From contig NC_090399.1 in assembly GCF_036365525.1 (NCBI RefSeq), positions 31,466,430-31,530,429 on the forward strand: DNA of 64,000 nt, read 5' to 3'. The position numbers and the translations under genes are program-made. Below are positions 23,901-35,100 of the stretch, in pieces; position 1 is the stretch's first letter, and each line of letters starts with the position of its first letter. This DNA is from Heterodontus francisci (taxonomy: Eukaryota). Below the pieces are notes generated by a model, which did not search any database, was not told where the DNA came from, and saw nothing but the letters and a program-made list of their open reading frames with translations.

Positions 23901-25487
23901 TTTCTTCTCCTTTGGCCTCCTTGTCTCGAGAGACAATGGGTAAGCACCTAGAAGTGGTCAGTGGTTTGTGAAGCAGCACCTGGTGTGGCTAAAAAGGCCA
24001 ATTCTAGAGTGACAGACTCTTCCACTGGTGCTGCAGATAAAATTGGTTGTCGGGGCTGTTACACAGTTGGCTCTCTCCTTGCGCTTCTGTCTTTTTTCCT
24101 GCCAACTGCTAAGTCTCTTCAACTCCCCACTCTTTAGCCCTGCCTTTATGGCTGTCCACCAGCTCTGCCAATCACTGGCAACTGACTCCCACGACTTGTG
24201 GTTAATGTCACAGGACTTCATGTTGCATTTGCAGACGTCTTTAGAGTGGAGACAGGGATTGCCGGTGGGTCTGATACCAGTGACAAGCTCGCTGTACAAT
24301 GCGTCATTGGGGATCCTGCCATCTTCCATGCGGCTCACATGGCCAAGCCATCTCAAGCGCCGCTGGCTCAATAGGGTGTATATGCTAGGGATGTTGGCTG
24401 CCTTGAGGACTTCTGTGTTGGAGATATGGTCCTGCCACCTGATGCCAAGGATTCTCCGGAGGCAGCGAAGATGGAATGAGTTGAGACGTTGCTCTTGGCT
24501 GACATACGTTGTCCAGGCCTTGCTGCCATAGAGCAAGGTACTGAGGACACAGGCTTGAAACACTCGGACTTTTGTGTTCCGTGTCAGTGTGACATTTTCC
24601 CACACTCTCTTGGCCAGTATGGACATAGCAGCAGTCGCTTTTCCTATGAGCTTGATGATTTCTGCATCGAGAGACAGGTTACTGGTGATAGTTGAGCCTA
24701 GGTAGGTGAACTCTTGAACCACTTCCAGAGCGTGGTCACAGATATTGATGGATGGAGCATTTCTGACATCCTGTCCTATGATGTTCGTTTTCTTGAGGCT
24801 GATGGTTAGGCCAAATTCGTTGCAGGCAGCTGCAATCCTGTCAATGAGTCTCTGCAGACACTGTTCTGTGTGGGATGTTAATACAGCATCGTCAGCAATG
24901 AGGAGTTCCCTGATGAGGACCTTCCGTACTTTGGTCTTCGCTCGAAGATGGGCAAGGTTGAACAACCTACCATCTGATCTTGTGTGGAGGAAAATTCCTT
25001 CTTCTGAAGACTTGAACGCATGTGAGAGCAGCAGTGAAAAGAAGATCCCAAACAGTGTAGGTGAGAGAACACAGCCCTGTTTCACGCCACTCAGGATAAG
25101 AAAGGGGTCTGATGAGGCACCGTTATGCTGAATTGTGCCTTTCATATTGTCATGGAATGAGGTGATGATGCTTAGTAGCTTTGGTGGACATCCAATCTTT
25201 GCCAGTAGTCTGAAGAGACCACATCTGCTGATGAGGTCAAAGGCTTTGGTGAGACCTATGAAAGCAATGTAGAGGGGCATCTGTTGTTCGCAGCATTTCT
25301 CCTGTAGCTGGTGAAGGGAGAACAGCATGTCAATGGTGGATCTCTCTTCTCGTAAGCCACACTGTGCCTCAGGGTAGACACGCTCAGCCAGCTTCTGGAG
25401 TCTGTTTAAAACAACTCGAGCGAAGACTTTCCCCACTATGCTGAGCAGGGAGATTCCACAGTAGTTGTTGCAATCACACAGTAGTTG
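23901..25487 (-). mobile_element. 5'-truncated RTE-clade LINE with an open 513-aa RT-to-C-terminus frame, inserted antisense in a CR1 fragment
   Basis: ORF 23958..25499 (GVKQGCVLSPTLF, LIADD, FTYLGS, RRLRWLGHV). TSD ttgggc(a/g)gacaagt at 23887-23900 and 25488-25501. Confidence 0.93.
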
Positions 25488-25944
25488 TTGGGCGGACAAG
25501 TGGTAGATGAAATTTAATGCAGAGAAGTGTGAAGTGGTTCATTTTGGTAGCAAGAACAAGGAGAGGTTCTCCCACTGTAGTATATCGGGGAGCTGGAAAC
25601 TGTGTAAAACCCCTCGGGCTGCATGTACCAGAGAATGTTTATGGTGTGTAATGCAAATATACATGTCCTGGAAGTGATTAGCAAATTCTGCTACCTTGGG
25701 TCCACAGTGACAGACAATCTGTCCCTTGATGCTGAGCTTGATACAGGTGTAGGGAAAGCAGCTACCAGCTTTGGCCAACTTGTGGAATGTGGATAGGATA
25801 GCACCAGACTGACCCTTAGGACCAACCTGATGGTTTATAGGGCATGGGTTCTCAGTGGGTTCTTGCTGTATGGCTGTGAGACATGGGCGACTTACAGCAA
25901 CCAGGAAAAAAAGCTCAATAAATTCCATCTTTGCTGTCTGCAAT

Positions 25945-28900
25945 TGTCAAGCAAGCCCCCCACTTGTCAAGACTGAGGCACACATTATTTTGCCACATGA
26001 ACATTAAAAATTAAAAATTGCAAGTCCCGGACTGGAAAGATATTTGCATAGTACCAGTTAGTGGTGGAACAAAGGGAACCAGTCCTTGCCCCAACACACA
26101 GAAAAGACCTGGTCAAACCATTCGGTCACGTGACCTGCTGGTCAACTAGGGGAGTTGTAAACTGGAAAAACAGATTTTGAAACCAGAAAGCTCCTGTCTC
26201 CTGGTTTGAGAAGAACTGTCCTCTCCTGCCTGCTCATCTCTCAGGGAGTCATTCAATGAGGAAGATGTGGAAGTGTTTTTTTGTGTCTTTTGAGAAACTG
26301 GCAAGGCAGCTAAAATGGCCAGCTGAGACGTGGTCTCTTTTACTGCAAAGCAAACTAACCAGAAAAGCCCATGAGGTTTATTCCCTGTTGCCAGATGAGA
26401 GTTCATCAGATTATGAACTGACCAAAAATGCTATCCTCGAGGCATATGAATTAATACCCGAAGCCTAACGCCAAAAGTTTAGAACCCTCAAAAAGCAAGC
26501 CAATCAAACTTATCTGGAGTTTGAAAGAAGTAAGCAGCTGGCTTTTGACCAGTGGCTGAAGGATTTCAAAATGCAGCTCAGCTATGAGACTCTCCGAGAA
26601 GTAATCCTGTTATAGGAATTTTAAAACTCACTCCCATTCTCAATAAAAAACCCATGTAGAGGAGCAACAGGTTCAGGGAGCCCGGCAAGCAGCCATTCTG
26701 GCTGATGAGTTTGCTTTATTTTATAAGTCGGTTTCCCAGGGGAAAACCTTTCCTGATCATCCCCACCAATCCGAAAAGGACAAATGGTGGGAAGGTGATA
26801 GAAGCGCAGGCAGTCCTGAAGAGAAAGGAAAGCAGGAAACACAGGGGGCTCTCCTCCAGCCAAAAAGGAAGGTGCTGTGAGCAGGAGTGAGATCCATAGA
26901 CCTGTATGCTTTCATTGTAATAAAGCAGGGCATTTAAAAGCTGACTGCTGGAAACTAAAGGGGAAACTGGTATGGTTAATCAGGGCACACCTGCTCAGTG
27001 AAGACAGGACTCTGACAAAAACACAGAACAAGCTGTGGCTTTAACTGCAGTAATGGTGCAACCCAGGAAGCTTACTATGGCCAGTGCTGGAAAGGTTAAT
27101 AGGGTTTCTGAAGGTTAGCAGGGTTTTGTGTCTGAAGGGAAAGTAACCACATATCCCTCTAGTGGGGCAAGTAAGCCCACAGTAATTCTCAATGACACAG
27201 GGGCCACTAGATCCCTTTTACTGGGAAAAAGCCTGATGTTTCCCCCAGAGAGTGCAGTGAACACCAAAATGGTGGTGAATGATATTTCAGGACAGTGTAT
27301 GCCTGTACCTGTACACCGGGTGCAACTGGAATGTGACCTAGTTTCTGGACTGTTGACCGCAGGGATTGTCCCTCGTTTGCTTGTGGATGGGTTGACCTGT
27401 TCCTAGGTAATGATCTGCCAGGGGTGAAGGGGTTGCCGCCCCCACCCCCCCCCCCCCCCCCCACAGTAGTGAAAGAAGGACCGCAGGAGGTTAGAGAGAC
27501 AGGGCAGTGGCAGGAGACGGACCCCTGCAGTTTCCCTGAATGTGTAGTGGATCAGGCCATGATCAAACCTGCTCCCCCAGAGGAGACTGAATTAGCACTG
27601 CAGACAGATGACCATGAGGTCTGCCTGTCCGTGGCTTTCTTTGGAAAGTTAGGAGACCCAGGGAATGAATTAAATGGATTTTCTCTAGCTGAGGCTCAGC
27701 GAGCCAACCCAGTATTCCAAGAGTTAGCACAGGTGACCCAGTCTGAAAGTGAAGTAGAGGGAGTCCCTGTCTGCTACTATTTAAAGAATGAAGTACTGAT
27801 GAGGAAATAGAGTTCTCCTTACAGTCCTGAGGGCAAGGAGTGGACAGTAGTTCACCAGTTAGTGGTGCCACAGAGGTACTAGAGAGAAATATTAAGAAGG
27901 GCCCACGAGACTACAGTGGCTGTACATGCCAGTATACAAAAGTCCAAAGCCCGCATAAGACAGCAGTTTGACTGGGCAAAACTCCATCAAGATGTGGTGG
28001 AGTACTGCAAGAGTTGCCACATGTGCCAGGTTGAGGGGAAACCCCAACCTACAGTGAAACCTGCACCCCTAAATCCTGTACTGGTGTTAGGAGGCCCCTC
28101 TAGCAGAGGGCTGGTGAACTGTAAGGGATCCTCACCAAGAACAAAAGAGGACAGGCAGGCACATGGCTGGCAAAAATTTAGAAAGAGAAGGGGAAAAAGT
28201 GACCAAGAGGGCAGGTTAAACGAAGTCTGCAAAAAATCCAGGATGGAAACCCCTACTGGCTGGTCTACCAACCCCCGAAAAATATGAAAAGTTAGATCCC
28301 ACATCCTCCTATGCAAATGCAGACTCTAGAAGCACCCCACCAGAGTTGCTAACAGCATTTACTGGAACCTGCAGAGACAAAGAGAAACCTCTAGAGGGAA
28401 GAGAAACAATGAGGGTGATGCCTCACCTAGTTGGATTGTCATAGGAGAATGCAGTTAAGTTTAGTTTAGAGATACAGCACTGAAACAGGCTCTTCGGCCC
28501 ACCGTGTCTGTGCCGACTATCAACCACCCATTTATACTAATCCTATATTCCTACCACATCCCCACCTGTCCCTATATTTCCCTACCACCTACCTATACTA
28601 GGGACAATTTATAATGCCAATTTACCTACCAACCTGCAAGTCTTTTGGCTTGTGGGAGGAAACCGGAGCACCCGGAGAAAACCCATGCAGACACAGGGAG
28701 AACTTGCAAACTCCACACAGGCAGTACCCAGAATTGAACCCGGGTCGCTGGAGCTGTGAGGCTGCAGTGCTAACCACTGCGCCACTGTGCCACCCCCGTC
28801 TGCACAAATGCCTGCAGTTAGGAGTGTCCCAGAGAACAAAGGGGAGAGTAACAAAGACTCCTCCCCCACAGTCAGAGGAAAAGGGAACCACCCATCCATG

Positions 28901-30074
28901 AAGTCGAAAGTCTGCATGATCAGAGGTTTCAGGAACGATCCGCCCACTACTAACTCTCTTGAGAAAAAAAAAGGAAAAATTAAAACAGCCCAGACACCCA
29001 GAAAAGACCATTTTTACTGAGCTTTAAGATTGATAAATGAATGGAAATGAATGAGAGAAATACATGGTTTTCCTTGCTGTATCTTATATTTCTCTCAAAC
29101 TCTGTAATGAAATGCGTCATTTTTCTTCAAATCGCAATTCACTCCCCTGGATGTGGAGGTATCAAGCAAACCCCCCCCCCACCCACCTGCCAAGAGGCAC
29201 ACATTATTTTGCCATATGAACATTAAAAATTAAAAATTGCAAGCCCCTGACTGGAAAGACATTTGCATAGTACTAGATAGTGGTGAAACAAAGGGAACAA
29301 GTCCCTGCCCCAATACACAGAAAAGACCTGGTAAAACCAGTCAGTAATGTGACCACCTGCTGGCCAACTAGGAGAGTTTTAAACCAAAAAATCAGATTTT
29401 GAAATCAGAAAGCTCCTGGCTCTTGGTTTGAGAAGACCTCTCCTCTCCCGCTTGCTGATCTCTCAGGGAACTGAAACCATTCAAGACACATAAATACAAA
29501 GAGAGAAAAGTCTCCTATGAAAACAAGGTTTAAGAAGAATACTGGGCCCCAACGAAATGCAAGACCATATCTTCAATCAAGGACCACAGTGAGCTCAAAA
29601 AGCAGTAACAAGATATTGCCCCAAACTGTTCTACTTATCTTCTCTTCTGCCCTTTTCTGTCCCTATTTGCATGTGTGTATCACGTGTGCATACCAGCGTG
29701 GGCACGTCGTATATAGGTAGGTGTTAACCGTATTGGAGTTTAAGTTAATAAAAACAAGAAATGCTGGAATCACTCAGCAGGTCTGGCAGCATCTGTGGAA
29801 AGAGAAGCAGAGTTAACGTTTCGGGTCAGTGAGCCTTCATCGGAGCTTTTGTATTGGAGTTTAAGTTTAAGGTTTAATAAATTTCATCTTTCTTCTTTAA
29901 ACCAAAGAAAGCCTGTTTGTGCTTATTTCTTTGCCTTATAATTGGAAAGTTGCGAACAAGGATTCACAAAGGGGGAGCTCAAAGCACAGTGTGTTTCAAA
30001 TTAGACCCTGTTACAATAAGACCAGGTGAAGATAGTAACAGACCCCGAGACACCTTTCTCACCTGGTCGTGACA
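25945..30074 (+). mobile_element. Defective Gypsy (Gmr1-like) LTR retrotransposon: truncated 5'LTR 25945 to about 26245, gag, CCHC, protease and integrase Zn-finger remnants, 3'LTR 29160-30074
   Basis: TGTCA...TGACA termini and 5-bp TSD gcaat (25940-44, 30075-79). Gag FEKLARQLKWPAETW; CFHCNKAGHLKADC at about 26905; ILNDTGATRSLL; H...CKSCHMC. No RT/RNaseH seen. Confidence 0.9.
28455..28792 (-). mobile_element. V-SINE (HE1-like) inserted in the Gypsy element
   Basis: tRNA-like head, V-domain and (ctaaa)n tail; near-identical to the 49363 and 59895 copies. Confidence 0.88.
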
Positions 30075-31289
30075 GCAATGCATTATGGATATATCCTGGC
30101 AGGACAAAATCATAAATGCATCAGTCCTCTCAAAGGCAGAGCTTCCAAGTGCATTGACAATAATCAAACCGAGGTGGCTTCGGTGAATTGGACATGCCCA
30201 CAGAATGGAAAGCGGTTGTATACCCAAGGACCTTTTGTATGATGATGGAGCTGGGGCCAGACGACCAGTGGGGCACTCAAAGCTCCGCTTCAAGGATGCT
30301 TGCAAGCGTGACATGAAGGCCCTAAATGTCGACTATCGCACCGGGGAGTCACTAGCTGGTGAAAGAGGGAAATGGCGACACATCCTGTGGACTGGTGTGC
30401 ATTACCATGATTACCAGTTGCTACAGCAGCTTGGCAACAGATGCCACCATCAAAAACAACAGCTCACAGCATCACTTGGCAGCTTCACATGCAGCACCTA
30501 TTTCTGAACCTGTCTCTCAAGGATTGGCCTTCACAGCCATCAGCAAAGATGCACCAGGAGAAGACAGCCCACCTAAATGGATTGTTTGCTGTGTGTCCAT
30601 CATCTTCCGTAGATGGATGGATGCCAACAATTGTAAATATAACCTGAAATGGCAAGTGTAGTGAGGCACCTCATGTACTGTATTGAAAGAAACTGATCTA
30701 TATTGCACTTTATGTAATGTTAAATTTGAATTATATAACGTATTTTTATAAATTTTATGAATAATGTCTTTTTGGAAAAAAAAAAGTTTGCAGACTCCTT
30801 GAGCCTTTGACATGTTGGGCTGTCTCTCAACCTGCTCCCTAGGAGGCCTGTCCATTGCTATGTTAATCACAGGACAGCAATCATTTCAGCCATTTCTTGG
30901 TTAATTTTAAACCTTTAACACTTGCTGTTGTTGGGAATGTTGAAAATATCAAACACTGATCCAACACTCACCCTCAAAACACTCACATTAAACCCCCAAC
31001 ACATGACTGGGCAGAGAATGGGGATTGTTACTGAGGTTCTGTTTGTGGATTTTTACTGATGTTAGTGTGGATTGTACAGTCTGTGTGTGTGTGTCTGCCT
31101 GAATATTACTGGTCCCATAATGTAACCCCAGGATCCCCTCATACCCTGTCTCCTCTTCTTCCTGCTCCTGCACGGCCTGGTGAAGACAATTATTGAACTA
31201 GAGATAAACAGAACCTCATTTTCTCCCCCACTCCATTTTAAACATGGATAAGGATGGCAAGTCCTCTCTCTTAAGGTGTTGTCCTTCTG

Positions 31290-32096
31290 TTCTGTAAATC
31301 TGCAGTCATTACCCCTCTCAAAACAACACCCTTGACTCCACCATCATTGCAAATTACTGTCCCATCTCCAACCTCACTTTCCTCTCCAAAGCCTTTGAGC
31401 ATGTTGTTGCCTCCAAAATCCATGTCCATCTTTCCTGGAATTCTATGTTGAATTCCTCCAATCAGATTTCCACCTCTGCCACAAAGTCACAAATGACATC
31501 CTATGTGAATGTGACAAAGGTAAACTTTCCCTCCTCATTCTCAACCTGTCTACAGCCTTTGACACGGTTGACCACACCATCCTCCTCCAACTCCTCTGAC
31601 TGTCGTCCAGTTGGGTGGGACTGCTTTCACCTGGTTCCATGCTTATCTATCTAATCATCGTCAGAGAATCACTTGCAATGGCTTCTTTTCCTGCTCCCAC
31701 ATTGTTCTATCCTTGGTTCCCTCGTATTTCTTATCTACATGCATCCCTTCAGCAACATCATTTGAAAGCACAGCATTAGTTTTCACATGTATGCTGACGA
31801 CACTCAGCTCTACCTCATCACCACCTCTCTCAACTCCTCCACTGTTGCTAAATTACCAGACTGCTTATCTGACATCCAATACTGGATGAGCAGAAATTTC
31901 CTCCATTTAAATATTGGGAAGACTGAAGCCATTGTTTTCGGTCCCAGCTCATAACTCCATCCTTCTCCTGAGCACTGTCTGATACTAAACCAGACTGTTT
32001 GCAACCTTGGTGTCACATTTGTTGCTGAGATGAGCCTCTGACCACATATTTGTGCCATCAATGAGACTGGCTTTTTCCACCTCCATAATATCGCCC
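31290..32096 (+). mobile_element. L2-clade LINE remnant, continuing at 40218-40370
   Basis: Degenerate PISNL, AFDTVDHTILL, MYADDTQL and LNIGKTE motifs. Confidence 0.75.
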
Positions 32097-32194
32097 AAGA
32101 TGGAGAGAGAGAACAGAAAAGAGAGCGATAGGCATGGAGGAAGTGGTAGAGAGCTAGTCTTGCTGAAATTTTTCTTCATTTCTATCTCCCTCCT

Positions 32195-35100
32195 TTCATT
32201 TTGTTTGCACTGGAGTGCTGACTTGGGGCTGCATTAGAGTGCTAAAGTGGGAGTTTTGTGACTGAGTGAGTTAGGTGAGGAAGGAGTGAGGAGCTCCTTT
32301 CATTTCCTACCTGTCCTCAAAGAGCGTGAGGGGAGCCAAGAGTTTCCAAAGAGCACAGCTGACTGGTGAGTAAGTCCTGGTGGGTATTTTTCAAACTGGA
32401 TTGAATTGTAAGTCATTGTTTTAGCAAGACTTAGATTTTTTTTTTATTATAATAGTCTTCTAAAGTTTTAAATTTAAAGGGTTTTGTCATGGCAGGAGAG
32501 CTTAAAGCCGTGGTTTGCTCCTCTTGCTGCATGGGGGAATCCAGGAACATTTCCAGTCCCCGGGACCAGCATGTGTGCAGGAAGTGTGTCCAGCTGCAGC
32601 TCCTGGAAGATCAGGTTTCAGAGCTGGAATGGTGACTGGAAACACTCTACAGCATCCGTGAGTCTGAGAGCATCGTGGATAGCACGTTTAGAGAGGTGGT
32701 CACACCGCAGCTGAAGGGACTTGAGGAAGGAAGGAAATGGGTGACCACCAGGCAGTCCAAGAGAAACAGGCAGGTAGTTCAGGAGTCCCCTGCTTTTAAA
32801 TCGGTATTCTATTTTGGAGGCTGATGAGGCTGCTTCCTCCTGGGAGTGCTGACAGAGCCAAGCTTCTGGCACCACAAGCAGCCTGTCTGCACAGGAAGGG
32901 AGAAAGTGAGGAATAGTAATAGGGGATTCTATAATCAGGGCAACAGATAGACGCTACTGTGGCCATCAACGTGACTCCAGAATGGTGTGTTGCCTCCCTG
33001 GTGCCAGGGTCCAGGATGTCACTGAACGGCTGCAGGGCATCCTGAAAGGGGAGGGTGATAAGGCAGAGGTCATGGCACATGTTGGTACCAATGACATAGG
33101 TAGAAAGAGGGATGAGGACTTGCATCAAGAATTCAGGGAGTTAGGCAGAAGACTAAAAAACAGGACATCTCGGGTTGTAATCTCTGGATTACTCCCAGTG
33201 CCACGTGCGAGCGAGTATAGAAATAGGAGAATAGCACAGATGAATGCGTGGCTTAAGAGTTGGTGCAGGAGGGAGGGTTTTAGATTCCTGGACCACTAGG
33301 ACCGTTTCTGGGGAAGGTGGGACCTGTACAAGCGGGATGGTCTCCATCTGAACCAGAGGGGGACGAACATCCTTGCTGGCGGGTTTGCTAGTGCAGTTGG
33401 GAGGAGTTTAAACTAATCTGGCAGGGGGAGGGGACGCAGACACCTAGCAGAATAGGGACACAGCTAAACAGAGGAAAGCAAACAAGTCAGAGGGAATACA
33501 GCGGAAGTAAGTTTCAAGGGAGTAAGACCAGGATGGATGGCCTCTACTTTAATGCCAGGACTATGACAGGCAAAACGGATGAGTTAAGGGAAAGGATTGA
33601 CACGTGGAATTGTGATATAGTAGCCATCACAGAGACATGGTTGAGGGAGGGGCAGGATTGGCAGCTCAATATCCCGGGATATAGAATCTTCAGGCGAGAC
33701 AGAGGAAGGGTTAAAGAGGAGGGGGCATTGCAATATTAGTTAAGGAGTCAGTTACTGCAGTAAGGAGAGATGATATCTTGGAGGGGGCATCAAAGGAAGC
33801 TTTATGCGTAGAGTGTAGGAATAAAAAAGGGAAGTCAAATTGCTCGGTGTTTATTATAGACCCCCAGATAGTCAGCGGGAAATTGAGGAGCAAATATGTG
33901 CGCAATTCACAGAGGTGTGTAAAAATAATAATAGGGTCATGATATTAGGTGATTTCAACTTTCCCAACATTAATTGGGATAGTTATCATGTTAAGGGCTT
34001 AGATGGAGTGGAGTGCTTAAAATGTATACAGGAGAACCTTTTAGCTCAATATGTAGAGGATCCAACAAGGGAGGGTGCAGTGCTGGACCTAATTCTGGGG
34101 AAGGAAGCCGGACAGGTGGTTGATGTGTTGGTGAGGGAGTATTTTGGTGATAGCGACCACAATATGGTACAGTTTAAGCTTGTTATGGAGAAAGAAATAG
34201 ACAAGTTGCAAAAAAAGGTTTTGGATTGGGGGAGAGCGAATTTTAGTAAAATAAGGAAGGATCTGGCCAAGGTAGACTGGAAAGAGTTACTTGTCAGCAA
34301 ATCTACAGAAGATCAGTGGGGAGCATTCAAAAAGGAAATGGGGAGGGTACAGGCCCAACATGTTCTCTCTAGGGTAATAGGTAGGAGCAACAAGACCAGA
34401 GAACCATGGATGACCAGAAACATTCAGGGAACGATGAGAAGGTAAAGAGAGGCTTTTAGCAAATACCAGGAAAGCAAATCAACGGAAGCATTAGTGGAGT
34501 ACAGAAAGTGTAGGATGGAGCTTAAGAAAGCAATTAGGAGAGCAAAGAGGGGATATGAGAAAGCTCTGGCTGGTAAAAGTAGGGAAAATCCCAAGATATT
34601 CTATAAGTATATCAATGGGAAGAGGATAACCAGGGAAAGAATAGGACCTAGGGAAGGGAGTGTAGATAGTCTCAGTCATCTCATTATCAAAAAGGAGGAG
34701 GTGTTGGGTGTCTTGCAAAGCATTAATGTAGATAAGTCCCCAGGGCCTGATGGGATCAACCCCAGAATACTGAGGGAGGCAAAGGAAGAAATTGCTGGGG
34801 CCTTGACAGAATTCTTTGCATACTCATTGGCTACAGGTGAGGTCCCAGAGGACTGGAGAATAGCCAATGTTGTTCCTTTGTTTAAGAAGGGTAGCAAGGA
34901 TAATCCAGGAAATTATAAGCCGGTGAGCCTTACGTCAGTGGTAGGGAAATTATTAGAGAGGATTCTTATGGACAGGATTTACTCCCATTTGGAAACAAAT
35001 GGACTTATTAGCGAGAAGCAGCATGGTTTTGTGAAGGGGAGGTCGTGTCTCACTAATTTGATTGAGTTTTTTGAGGAAGTGACAAAGATGATCGATGAAG

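Larger units (their letters stand above)
25660..30630 (+). mobile_element. Older RTE LINE remnant split by the LTR element (25660-25944 and 30075-30630)
   Basis: FCYLGSTV on the left; MESGCIPKDLLY...LRFKDACKRDMK on the right (ORF 30205..30507). Confidence 0.8.

Noticed and set aside
1458-27470. Poly-Pro and poly-Gly ORFs (1458, 8418, 8563, 27207, 27424)
   Set aside because: These are translations of poly-C runs with no splice or homology support.
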